A stretch of DNA of 64,000 nucleotides from a virus. Its lineage: Duplodnaviria; Caudoviricetes. Location: positions 32,001-96,000 of the IMG/VR virus record IMGVR_UViG_3300031555_003590; one strand, given 5' to 3'. The position numbers and the translations under genes are program-made. Each line of letters begins with the position of its first letter. The first letter of the stretch is position 1. The notes beneath the pieces are model-generated. The model was given only the letters and a program-made list of their open reading frames with translations. It searched no databases and was not told the DNA's origin. Shown in pieces: positions 9,301 to 16,681 of this stretch.

Positions 9301-11585
9301 CCAGCTACCGATTTAACCCATTTTGATGCATTTGAAGAAGTATTTTTTAATGCTGCTTTATAACCGCCTGGTCCAAAAATTAAATTATTAAAATATCCTA
9401 AATAACCACCATTTTCATTTTTCTTAACTTCATATTCTTTTCCATCTTTAGTATATTTATAACTAGAACCAGTAATTTTGTGTTTTAAATAACCAGCTAT
9501 ATTTTCATTATTATCATTAATTTTTAAAAGCTGATCTTTTATAAAAGAAGAACTTACTTGCCCTATATCAGTAATAATATTACCAAAAGCAGCTCTTACT
9601 TCTTCAGGAGATCCACTAAATATAGCTTTACGTAAATTGCCTCCGCGATGTTTAGCCCATCTACCAACTCTTTGACCAGTGGTTAGTTGTTCAGTAGTAC
9701 CATCTTCATTAGTTTGATTTTGAAGTAGATTAGGTTCATCATCACCTTTAATAGAAGATGAAGTAGAAGTTGTTGAAGTTGATGTATCAGGCTCATCTGG
9801 ATCATTAATAATTTTAGGTTTATATCCTAATGGAGGAGATACAAATTTATTTCCAAATCGTGCATATGGTTTCTTACGAGAATTTTTAGATCCCATCTGA
9901 AATACATTAATGCCAGTATCGAGTTTACGGAATATTTCATATAATACAATATTGGTATAATTAAAACCTGTAGCTGCTTTTGGATCAGAAATAGATGCAG
10001 TAGATGTATCTTCTATTTTACCATATCTAGCAAGAATAGTTTTTCGTTCATTCTCATGAGAATCTTCAACTCCAGATATATCAATATTATATTTATCATA
10101 TTCAGAAATAGCATTTCTAACTCTATTATTGCGATATATTGTATTTTTGCTAGCTTGCTGAGCAATGTCAATGATACCATTATTTGATGTAAGAGCAACC
10201 AGACCTTTTATAACTCTATCATATTCTTTTTGTTCATCTTTATCTATTTTAACGCCTTTCATGACATATTTATCAAAATACTCTCTAACTGCTTTTTCAT
10301 TCTTAAAACTTCCAAGTTTCTTTTCAGGACTTCTTTCAGTACTAAGTTGAGATAATAATAACTCATATGCCATATTAGATGTACTAGAAGTACCAATTGC
10401 ATCACGAACTTTAGAAGATGATGCATAAATACTACCACTATTTGCAGTTGTATTTAAAAATTCTTTATTAATTGCTCTTTGGGTTTTAAATGATCTAGAT
10501 CTATAATCATAGACTACATCATCTCCACCTAAAGCAACTAATATTTTTCTTAAATATCCTGGAATTGTATTAGTGATAGATTCACGAGTAATTGTATCAA
10601 AACTTGTTGCTTTAACATCAAATGTAGATCTTTCAGTAGATTGAGATTTTCTTGAAGCATCCAATCCTAAAAATTTTCCTAAAATTCCAGTTGGTCCAAA
10701 TGGATTATTTCTACCAGCATTTCCTAATCTAATTAAAGATTGCATTATTGTATCATTGACTGCACTATCTAATGCTTTTAAGTTTTTTTCTAAATTAGGA
10801 GATGCTTTATTTATACCAAAACCGATTACGGATTTAAATATATCTTGTGGAGAAGTTCCACTAATTATCATTGGTATCATTTGTAACATTGAAACCATGG
10901 GATCATTTTTAATTCTATTACCAACCAGCTTCTTATATGAGCTAAGATCAAACTTACCATTTTTGATCATACTTGATGAAAGATCATCTTCTTTATTATT
11001 CAAACTTCCACCAATAGCTGTAGTTGCTTCAATCATAGCTGAAGTATTCTTGGTAAGAACTTCAAGAATTTTATCTAATCTATTATTAACATTATCAAAT
11101 CCACTAGTGATAACAGCAGTTTGTTTATCAATAGTAGTATCAAGAGTTGCAATTGATGAAATTTGACTTTCAACCATTTGTTTAGATGATTCAACTACTG
11201 CTTTTGCAATTTTATTTGAATTCTTTTCATTTTCATTGAATTGAGCTTCTGCAATATCACTAGAATCAATATCACTATCAAATTCTAAATTAAGATCAAG
11301 ACCAGAATCATCAAACTCATCTTCTTTTTCCATATACCAACGGTATATGTTTTTAAAATTAGCTTGTGATTTAAATTGTTTAATTCTATTTGAAGCATTT
11401 TGTGACATACTTGCAAATCCGGAAGTAACTTGTGATATAGTGGATTTTGCTTCAGATAATGTTGAACTAGTTGTTGGCATTACTTCACTAATATAATCTC
11501 CAGTAGCACCAACAATATATCCTCCAGTTTTCTTTAAAAAATCTAAGTTAAGTTTTTTATTCTTAACAGCGATAGAAGAACTCAT
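3375..11585 (-). CDS. Tape-measure-like virion protein with C-terminal M23 peptidase and phage tail lysozyme-like domains
   Basis: 2736 aa with long G/A/I-rich helical regions; M23 motifs YHNGIDL and STGNSSGPHLHY; lysozyme-like GVLGNWSHESGIDP...GLGLGQFTG. Confidence 0.85.
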   Translation of the reverse strand: MSSSIAVKNKKLNLDFLKKTGGYIVGATGDYISEVMPTTSSTLSEAKSTISQVTSGFASMSQNASNRIKQFKSQANFKNIYRWYMEKEDEFDDSGLDLNLEFDSDIDSSDIAEAQFNENEKNSNKIAKAVVESSKQMVESQISSIATLDTTIDKQTAVITSGFDNVNNRLDKILEVLTKNTSAMIEATTAIGGSLNNKEDDLSSSMIKNGKFDLSSYKKLVGNRIKNDPMVSMLQMIPMIISGTSPQDIFKSVIGFGINKASPNLEKNLKALDSAVNDTIMQSLIRLGNAGRNNPFGPTGILGKFLGLDASRKSQSTERSTFDVKATSFDTITRESITNTIPGYLRKILVALGGDDVVYDYRSRSFKTQRAINKEFLNTTANSGSIYASSSKVRDAIGTSSTSNMAYELLLSQLSTERSPEKKLGSFKNEKAVREYFDKYVMKGVKIDKDEQKEYDRVIKGLVALTSNNGIIDIAQQASKNTIYRNNRVRNAISEYDKYNIDISGVEDSHENERKTILARYGKIEDTSTASISDPKAATGFNYTNIVLYEIFRKLDTGINVFQMGSKNSRKKPYARFGNKFVSPPLGYKPKIINDPDEPDTSTSTTSTSSSIKGDDEPNLLQNQTNEDGTTEQLTTGQRVGRWAKHRGGNLRKAIFSGSPEEVRAAFGNIITDIGQVSSSFIKDQLLKINDNNENIAGYLKHKITGSSYKYTKDGKEYEVKKNENGGYLGYFNNLIFGPGGYKAALKNTSSNASKWVKSVAGYFNYGDKEDKDSSIDNKRNKIFSTAIGSMLGAGILGGPLGLIMGGIAGNAISQTSGIGSKIKKLLFGDKEHEGDKKKDRDKRRGLIGKVVDNITDPIRYQIGKTMTSFGSVLKKNIMGPLSNIGEAIKERMSNAAGKVADTAFGKVFKGMGGLLKKFLMFPLNVAKAPITAIGNLVRGGTETGGAVIGGGLNSIAKMIAGKEGRDKINQRIKSQKADADMDKAESGYYNNSYEADYVQDPDGPPGKMIKVVKRHRVSGRKDWESWKENQDIERDQLNIDDYTKEETVELTSEIAENTKATKDAVETLADHGTTEGSIFTHDKGLHERLDEIIKFITGKKKSIGKSDNNDNEIISSTIPAAASIIASNDVITDSEHREVTNLIDEGAKKNPNKSTILNRLKNLMGGQKKKSQESDEEKTSIWDKIGGVLSNIKDVLGGPMGIAALIAAVLGFTGKLDDLLTKFGQGASNLLDWVVNGGEKENVVLNTLTAPLGFQADSEIDYFNPLADLTHVNTDAAGNEIVNQNVTRAKNSIWRNAGLVAGSNLMSAGLQHGIGLNAMDAAKYGDATASGMRARQNLNKAKGVFKSKPMQAMGKMALRTGIGSVAGKGANWLVSNIAEKVGMDEESSDMLGRGTEAVTQVSSTLGVGPIGKATKKLTNSILDEGGTLNTIAKKIIEVLKNLGEKLASSKTFKPIASKLKDLIGKFTSKITEPVLKKLGSVVTKIFAKETGKAVGAGVTLGVSIAVMSAGGAVLGGMNAANLFSVSPNDVDGLMTTIAAALGAVFDGLPYVGLIEIVDLIIAPLNDGKGIRQILAEAAYKALMGEDKLDQKQSNMSSQVEYYNEQTGSNLSTAEYNDMTNKGVFSRIWNGKTVYDENGMPVITDDGSIKTSGGLKGIRSGIKNFFVGSTNEDGTKNPSTISTIGSNIKNFSSGIGDKFSGFIDKIKNFGNKLSNEQEYAKNLLKDKSSDLKDLFKIEDDPENPMNGFMKAAIISSRISIIPQAIFKVIGNKIGNVIGGAINKVKNSIDVLSSNTSTINDTARRGDISGVLNLTFQNDPENPVGGFTESIFNIVKYLNVPTAAISWVGIKIKDKFNSIVNKVKNTMSTLSTNHENLNAASKTGDFGALSSIVLEDDPENPLGKIGSAIFSIDKIIHYVPTAFHWLGNKIKGPFNEIMETIKTAKDSLDAGIDELSINAKAGDFEGLSNVVIQENEGNPLNGIMSGIFTVAKLINYPRTAVHWVGNKISKAFSEMVSITQGNYQSLDSANEQISTLANDGKVMDIWNTKLELQNGDPLSGIWKASFGINKLFQSAIGIFHGIGNFIGKGIDKIKNWFIDKLESGWDSLGEAFSTVEESPSSTEGVGGDSSNASQNKSTGQSQSSTIKSGGNPLNKPLHITSYFGWRDLDGNGSKEDYHNGIDLRPETYGDSADIGSRYNGTVSLVESSVPDSHTGLGTSTKMGGNMVWIKTDDGYTIKNMHLKANSIPASIKVGSRVRIGDKIGEMGSTGNSSGPHLHYQIEDSNGKPINPLSNVTAGTTLSNFINTSDSVHTADVNRNATDGTSTINSESPLAKLLNTLKSFGSKILNWISGGLFGDSESNDIESNDVNVELSDSEIASIANIQTTDDAEENAKQTYQFLKNYNIPDINIAGVLGNWSHESGIDPTAVESIYNEKYRIGPKKTEALENPKSFTEQLFADYASKGLSINEEAYKGDDGIPRPGLGLGQFTGPAATRLMKFANKLGMNWYDMGAQLQYSIQPSSNGGYRDFMSNWTTAESSTSKAARVFLKDWEGIDPNIEWVKLSERQKYAKYYYDKMKGEWKENNDAIGGADDIDSSTIHQSNYATKTPTVTGITQSSQNNYQQKQISTSSSTYNPPVYQSSSDANIPVVNIPRTIDPETTIRLLNEIIVQLTYITRNTGSSSDLLTALNQKDFVDKGLRDSINSLGSRNKVKSSTSAFSAATKTNTRSVTTMARP

Positions 11586-11703
11586 AATCTATCTCACCAC
11601 CTTTATCGTTATATTTTATTCCATAATTAAATAAAGTGTGGGCAATAAGTATTAAAAATGAATAAAAAATAAAAGGGGCGGAATTACTCCACCACCTTAA
11701 ATT

Positions 11704-12324
11704 TTATTTATATCTCTTCTCCTTCCATTCTCTAGATTTAATTATAAACTTACGATATGCTTCATATGTCTTAAATATCTTATATTTACCAGTACGAACA
11801 TCAAGACATTGTTCTCCTCTAGCCATTTCATAACTATTAGCTGAAACGATAATGTATACATCCTTATCAGGATTAGTATCAATAATAGTTTTAAAAAGCT
11901 GATCTTTGACATCGATAATATTATCAATGCTTAAACCACTATCAATTGCATCGAACATAAACCATACTTCAGAAGCATCATTATTATCTCTAATAAACTT
12001 ACCAATCTTACCAGCAGCAGTACCAAGATTAATATGAATTTGTTCTCCTTCTGAAGAACATGCTAACATAGCAAGCAGATCCATACTTTTATATAGAGCC
12101 GCTTGTCTAGCATTATTTCCTCCATCAGTAAGATTGTTATATTTCATATTAGGAATTCCTACTCTATTTAATTGATCTTTAATATAATAATCAATTAAAG
12201 TGGTTTTACCAGTTCCATTACATCCAACAAGAACTGTTACTCCAGGATTAATAGTAACATTCTTATATAAATATAATACACCATTATCAAAAGGATCTCT
12301 ATCAAGTTTAAAAGTTCTACTCAT
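11704..12324 (-). CDS. Stand-alone ABC-type P-loop ATPase
   Basis: Walker A GCNGTGKTT, signature-like SSEGE, Walker B-like WFMFDAIDSGL. Confidence 0.75.
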   Translation of the reverse strand: MSRTFKLDRDPFDNGVLYLYKNVTINPGVTVLVGCNGTGKTTLIDYYIKDQLNRVGIPNMKYNNLTDGGNNARQAALYKSMDLLAMLACSSEGEQIHINLGTAAGKIGKFIRDNNDASEVWFMFDAIDSGLSIDNIIDVKDQLFKTIIDTNPDKDVYIIVSANSYEMARGEQCLDVRTGKYKIFKTYEAYRKFIIKSREWKEKRYK

Positions 12325-12336
12325 ATACTAATCTCC

Positions 12337-12633
12337 TCATACTTTTAATATTACACCTGATACAACTGTATCTCTTCTTAACCATTCTTCTTTATATGAT
12401 ATATTTTTCATATCATATAATTCAGTAACATCACCTCTTATATCATATAATTTATCTCTATATAATAACATAAAATGACAATCAATAGTTTCATATACTA
12501 TTTCTCCACCAAATCTTTCTTGAAGAATAACTGAGAAATAGTAACAGTATCCATTCATAAAAGTATCTTCTAATGATTCAGTGTTTCGTTTTTTAAAATT
12601 AAATATAAATTCTAATACAGGATCATTTGTCAT
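12337..12633 (-). CDS. Small protein with possible Cys-His-Asp papain/transglutaminase-like triad
   Basis: NGYCYYF...CHF...LYDIRG; AGGAGG RBS. Confidence 0.55.
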   Translation of the reverse strand: MTNDPVLEFIFNFKKRNTESLEDTFMNGYCYYFSVILQERFGGEIVYETIDCHFMLLYRDKLYDIRGDVTELYDMKNISYKEEWLRRDTVVSGVILKV

Positions 12634-12665
12634 TATAAATACCTCCTATATTTTTAATTAAAAAT

Positions 12666-12692
12666 AAAGGTGGCACAATTAGTGCCACCTTT
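12666..12692. terminator. Intrinsic terminator downstream of the RNA cassette and small ORF
   Basis: AAAGGTGGCAC-AATTA-GTGCCACCTTT. Confidence 0.7.
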
Positions 12693-12700
12693 TATGTATA

Positions 12701-12826
12701 TTAAATGGATTTTAATTTACGAAGTTGACGATTAAGTTTTCGAATAATATTTTGATTCTCAACTGGATTAATACTTAACTTTTTAATTCGATTTTCTAGA
12801 TATAAAATTCTTACATTATTACTCAT
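12701..12826 (-). CDS. Small basic protein (41 aa, MSNNVRILYLENRIKKLSINPVENQNIIRKLNRQLRKLKSI)
   Basis: Perfect AGGAGG RBS and a terminator directly downstream; below the ORF-track size cutoff. Confidence 0.7.
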   Translation of the reverse strand: MSNNVRILYLENRIKKLSINPVENQNIIRKLNRQLRKLKSI

Positions 12827-12896
12827 AATTATATCCTCCTATATAATATTTTATGACGGAGTTTTAGTAAATATGTAATATTATTTATAATATTGA

Positions 12897-12982
12897 GCCA
12901 TAGGGCTTTCACCTATGGGAGTAAAGGTTGGATTAGTGCTGCAGCCACTTACCAACAGTCTGGACTCTGCCGACTAAGCATA
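12897..12982 (-). ncRNA. Candidate small structured RNA
   Basis: GC-enriched non-coding patch with three hairpins (AGTC/GACT, GTTGG/CCAAC, CCATAGG/CCTATGG). Confidence 0.35.
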
Positions 12983-13035
12983 GATAAATTTTACTTTACT
13001 TTTTCATATTATGTACTTTTAAGAGATTTTCTTTT

Positions 13036-13113
13036 TGGTCAAAGTTAATAGGAGTCGAACCTAATCCCTCCGCCGTATGTGGCAGCGTGCTATTTCCGCT
13101 ACACTAAACTTCT
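13036..13113 (-). pseudogene. Degenerate tRNA-like element (CAT within a 6-nt anticodon loop)
   Basis: GGTTCGACTCC T-arm, D-arm and encoded ACCA end. The anticodon arm CTGCC-ACATAC-GGCGG lacks U33 and the acceptor stem is mismatched. Confidence 0.55.
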
Positions 13114-13218
13114 AATCTCTGCTACACTAGTCTCGATCGCTGTACATTCAATCATTGAAACTAGTTTGTACAATGTAGCATACATAAATATGGCTTTATA
13201 CTCACTACTCAATATTAT

Positions 13219-13294
13219 TGGTGTGCCTGGCGGGATTCGAACCCACGACCCTTTGATTAAAAGTCAAATGCTCTACCGACTGAGCTACAGGCAC
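13219..13294 (-). tRNA. tRNA-Lys(UUU)
   Basis: GTGCCTGTAGCTCAGTCGGTAGAGCA-TTTGA-CTTTTAA-TCAAA...GGTTCGAATCC...CAGGCACACCA, 76 nt. Confidence 0.97.
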
Positions 13295-13302
13295 ATGTTT
13301 AA

Positions 13303-13436
13303 AAGGATTCACCGTGGGCTACTCACACATAGTTCTGTCGGTTAGTGTTACCGACGTACTATTATATGTTTTCACCTTTAGTATATAGGCTCACTACTTC
13401 CTATATACCCAGGGGCACGGCTACTCTACTCCCTGT
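13303..13436 (-). ncRNA. Candidate pseudoknotted structured RNA
   Basis: Hairpins CAGGG/CCCTG, GTATATAGG/CCTATATAC and GTCGGT/ACCGAC; loop CCGTG is complementary to a distal CACGG. Confidence 0.5.
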
Positions 13437-13514
13437 AAATTAAACATATATTGTATAATTATCTTTGGCACACAACACACATCAAAGATGTTATATAATA
13501 TATGTAATTTATAA

Positions 13515-13590
13515 TGGCTGGGCTAGATGGATTCGAACCATCGGAATGCAGGAGTCAAAGTCCTGTGCCTTACCACTTGGCTATAGCCCA
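13515..13590 (-). tRNA. tRNA-Gln(UUG)
   Basis: TGGGCTATAGCCAAGTGGTAAGGCA-CAGGA-CTTTGAC-TCCTG...GGTTCGAATCC...TAGCCCAGCCA. Confidence 0.97.
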
Positions 13591-13670
13591 ATATATAAAA
13601 AGGTTTAATCTATATCTCCCACCTTCAAGGATGCACTTTTAGTAGCATTACTTCGGGAATAATTTCCCTA

Positions 13671-13746
13671 TGGCTCCCCCAGTTGGACTCGAACCAACGA
13701 CACTGCGGTTAACAGCCGCATGCTCTACCGACTGAGCTATGGAGGA
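13671..13746 (-). tRNA. tRNA-Asn(GUU)
   Basis: TCCTCCATAGCTCAGTCGGTAGAGCA-TGCGG-CTGTTAA-CCGCA...GGTTCGAGTCC...TGGGGGAGCCA. Confidence 0.97.
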
Positions 13747-13754
13747 ATATAAAG

Positions 13755-14116
13755 TACAGACAGATCAACATTTTACACACTAACCTAGTCCTAAGACTGC
13801 TAGTACCTCTCCAAACAATTATTGCTTTCCACGCCTCAAATGTTGATGTGACTCTGCCTGATATTTACTCTGAGCAGTCACTACCCAGTTGTCAACCCCC
13901 ACTTAATCCTGCCTATTCTAGGTATCGATGTGATTGACTGCTTATGCCTTTAAGCATCGGATATCCTACTTCACCCATTTCAGATAATCCGCATAGCCTC
14001 CTACTTGGCTCTTATAGGCTTGATTTGCATTTTTTGAATAGAGTGCTACTCCCACACGTTCCCATCTCTATTACTGTAGTCAGTAATCCAGCCAGGATAT
14101 ATCATTTCACCTGGAC
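13755..14116 (-). ncRNA. Candidate large (~360 nt) structured non-coding RNA
   Basis: ORF-free and GC-enriched, with many helices (CAGGCAGA/TCTGTCTG, ATCAACATTT/AAATGTTGAT, AGCAGTCA/TGACTGCT, AATAGAG/CTCTATT, ATTACTG/CAGTAAT, CCAGG/CCTGG). Confidence 0.6.
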
Positions 14117-14120
14117 TTAA

Positions 14121-14461
14121 TGGTGCGGGTAGCCGGACTCGAACCGGCATGGATTACTCCGAGAGATTTTCATCACACTCTTGGTTATGAATTCCCAAGC
14201 CAATTCAAAGAATTGTTGTGCGCTGGAATACGTTTTTACCATATCATTCCTGACTTAGGTAGTAGGTCTATATTCTCTACACATTTATCAAATTATTTCT
14301 AATTTGAATTTAGCACGGCGTTCCCATTGAGCCATTCACCGTTTTAGCCTACTCCACTTATAAAGTTTCCTTCATAAGGCTCCACCTTTACTCAAGGCAA
14401 CTTACTATAGCAAGTTCTCAATGGAGAAGTCTCTTGTGTCTGCCAATTTCACCATACCCGC
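14121..14461 (-). tRNA. trnL: tRNA-Leu(UAA) interrupted by a group I intron (exons 14461-14427 and 14170-14121)
   Basis: Joined exons give an 85-nt tRNA with a long variable arm: GCGGGTATGGTGAAATTGGCAGACACA-AGAGA-CTT^AAAA-TCTCT...GGTTCGAGTCCGGCTACCCGCACCA. Confidence 0.93.
14171..14426 (-). mobile_element. Group I intron (256 nt, no ORF) in the tRNA-Leu anticodon
   Basis: 5' exon ends in U (P1 CTT/GAG with a U-G pair); intron ends in G; core elements AACGGTGAA, GCCGTGCTAA, GTGTAGAGAATA and AAACGTATTCC. Confidence 0.9.
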
Positions 14462-14471
14462 ATATTATATA

Positions 14472-14975
14472 TCAAATATATTTAAAATAAGTTTTCTCAA
14501 TTTTTTGTGCAGGAATTTTATCTATTTTATTATTTTGAATAGATGCACCATATTTACCTGCACATTCTTTACTACAGAAATGAGGTTTATTTCTATTTCG
14601 TTTATCAGTTTGAGCTTTAGTTGGAGTAAACATCTTACCACATATCGGACATTTAATATCTTTAACTTCAACTCTAATTGCATCATTTTTGGTATGTTCT
14701 TTACGAGGTTGGATATCTAAATTATGAGGCAAATTATTAACTACATTCCAATCTTTATGATGAATGGTATCAGTATCTTTTATAAGTTTATTTATTTCAA
14801 TCTCTTTTAACGCTTTTGGGTAAGAAATTGTTTTTGTCTTACCTTTTATATTTTTTGATTTAGATGAGTCATTTAAAACTATATGTAATCTACCATCATC
14901 TCTTAGATATGGACCGTAAACTTTATCATATTCTGAATATAATTTCAGAATAGGACTTAAATCTTTATTATCCAT
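14472..14975 (-). CDS. Free-standing HNH homing endonuclease with C-terminal zinc finger
   Basis: TIHHKDWNVVNNLPHNL...EH HNH motif; CPICGK...FCSKEC; GGAGG RBS. Confidence 0.85.
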   Translation of the reverse strand: MDNKDLSPILKLYSEYDKVYGPYLRDDGRLHIVLNDSSKSKNIKGKTKTISYPKALKEIEINKLIKDTDTIHHKDWNVVNNLPHNLDIQPRKEHTKNDAIRVEVKDIKCPICGKMFTPTKAQTDKRNRNKPHFCSKECAGKYGASIQNNKIDKIPAQKIEKTYFKYI

Positions 14976-15011
14976 ATTATTAAAACCTCCAATATATTAA
15001 GATGAAATAGC

Positions 15012-15038
15012 TGTGTCTGCCAATTCCACCACACCGGC
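15012..15038 (-). pseudogene. Truncated tRNA-Leu 5' fragment
   Basis: GCCGGTGTGGTGGAATTGGCAGACACA, 24/27 identical to the 5' end of the intron-containing tRNA-Leu. Confidence 0.8.
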
Positions 15039-15162
15039 AGATAAATGGCACTAACGTAGTTCCCACGGCTCTTTTTTCACCCTTCTTTATATAAAGTTAG
15101 GATGCCTCTCGCACTAGCTGTGCTAAGGTTTTAAGAATACTATATAGTATTCTTATTGCAAT

Positions 15163-15239
15163 TGGTGGGCCTTCAGGGGCTCGAACCCTGGACCTGCAGA
15201 TTATGAGTCTGATGCTCTAACCGGCTGAGCTAAAGGCCC
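15163..15239 (-). tRNA. tRNA with CAU anticodon, most like tRNA-Ile2 (lysidine-modified); elongator Met not excluded
   Basis: GGGCCTTTAGCTCAGCCGGTTAGAGCA...CTCATAA...GGTTCGAGCCCCTGAAGGCCCACCA; the acceptor stem resembles bacterial Ile2 tRNAs. Confidence 0.9.
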
Positions 15240-15290
15240 AAATATATTGTTTTAATAAATTTAGATATATTGTAATTTAAATTCAAAGAA

Positions 15291-15303
15291 ATAATATATA
15301 ATT
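15291..15303 (-). promoter_or_regulatory. Phage promoter-like motif upstream of the tRNA/ncRNA cassette
   Basis: AATTATATATTAT on the minus strand about 50 nt before the first tRNA; the motif recurs before many genes. Confidence 0.6.
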
Positions 15304-15410
15304 GAAAAATGAGGTTTATTTTTTAACCGTAAATATTTGTATATCTTTATTCACTTTTTATTTTAAAAATAGGATGGGGCAATTTTATATACCCCATCCT
15401 ATGATTATGA

Positions 15411-16646
15411 TTACTTCTGATTCTTAATAAAGTTTTTGACACGCTTGAAAGCTTCATCAGAACCAATAAGTCCTGCATTGTAATCAATGATGATCTCACT
15501 GATAACTTCATGACCATTATAAGATACAATCTTATTAGCCATATCATTATCAATTGCAATACCAGCATTCCGAAGATCACTTACGAAACTGGCACAATCA
15601 GTTTCGATAGCTACAGCATTGATATCTTCTTCAGAAGCTACATTCATGGGATCAGCTACTACAAGTTCTTCAGGTTCAACTTCTTCAGTTTCATCCTTAA
15701 TAAGATATGCACTGATTTTATCACAGGCATTCACTGCAGAGATCTCACCATTCTTGAATTCACTCAGAATATCATTGATGTTTTTATCATTGGCATATTC
15801 CATCAGATTAAATACCTGATCTTCATTGAGATGAACATCCTTGCTACTAAAGATATCCTGAACATTATCCATGAACTCAGTGACATTAGTAGCATGAACC
15901 TTATTATCAGTTTCTTCTTCAGGTGCATCATTGAGTACATTAACAACTTCATTAGGTTCAATATTACCATTGACAGGACTACCATAGCAGTACTGATAAG
16001 CTTCTCTAAGATAAGAAGTCATCTGATAAGAATGATTGGTGAGAATATCATCAGCCATTGCAACGTGATCATCTTGAACATTGATTTCATTATATACAAA
16101 GCCAACCTTATTAGCAAGCTTATACATAACTTCATTGAGTTCATTTACTTTCTTTTTCTTAAGGAATTGAGGAACTTCAACATCTTTCAGATCTTCATGA
16201 AGATCTTCAATGGACTTCTGAGTATTGATCCATTCAGAAGTATCCATTGCAGCCTGAAAGATTTCTTCCCATAACTTAGCAGCTTTCTTCATTCGATCAG
16301 TTGTTTTCTTACTTACCTTGTGAATTTCAGATATAAAATCTTCTTCAGGTTTATTGTTGTTTTCGATAAGATGTTCTTGTTTATGATCTTTAGATTTATT
16401 TTTCCCAATTCTAGGAATCTTAATATCGAAATTTAAAGAATCATCGAACCAGGAAGCAGAAGCCAATGCAATGAAAGCAGAACTAGTAAGAACTTCGATA
16501 CCATTTCTGGCAATAACATCAATATATTTATTACCAGTAGTATTTTTCTTCAGAACATTATCGAGTAGAATATTGCTACAAATACCAGTACCATAAATAG
16601 CAACAGCAGAGATTTTACCAACAGGGATAGTGATTTCTTTTTTCAT
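15411..16646 (-). CDS. Hypothetical acidic protein (411 aa)
   Basis: GGAGG RBS, long ORF, terminator-like hairpin downstream. Confidence 0.75.
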   Translation of the reverse strand: MKKEITIPVGKISAVAIYGTGICSNILLDNVLKKNTTGNKYIDVIARNGIEVLTSSAFIALASASWFDDSLNFDIKIPRIGKNKSKDHKQEHLIENNNKPEEDFISEIHKVSKKTTDRMKKAAKLWEEIFQAAMDTSEWINTQKSIEDLHEDLKDVEVPQFLKKKKVNELNEVMYKLANKVGFVYNEINVQDDHVAMADDILTNHSYQMTSYLREAYQYCYGSPVNGNIEPNEVVNVLNDAPEEETDNKVHATNVTEFMDNVQDIFSSKDVHLNEDQVFNLMEYANDKNINDILSEFKNGEISAVNACDKISAYLIKDETEEVEPEELVVADPMNVASEEDINAVAIETDCASFVSDLRNAGIAIDNDMANKIVSYNGHEVISEIIIDYNAGLIGSDEAFKRVKNFIKNQK

Positions 16647-16681
16647 TTTAATTTCCTCCGATTTTTAATTTCATATTTTAA

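Noticed and set aside
5224-11166. Several + strand ORFs of 61-268 aa, some hydrophobic
   Set aside because: Antisense shadows of the 2736-aa gene, with no RBS.
13755-14116. tmRNA or RNase P RNA
   Set aside because: No tRNA-Ala-like ends and no GAGGAAAGUCC-type P4 signature.
13079-14720. + strand ORFs 13079-13345, 14120-14302 and 14421-14720
   Set aside because: They are reverse complements of tRNA, intron and HNH sequence.
15510-16274. 254-aa + strand ORF
   Set aside because: Antisense to the 411-aa gene, which has the RBS and terminator.
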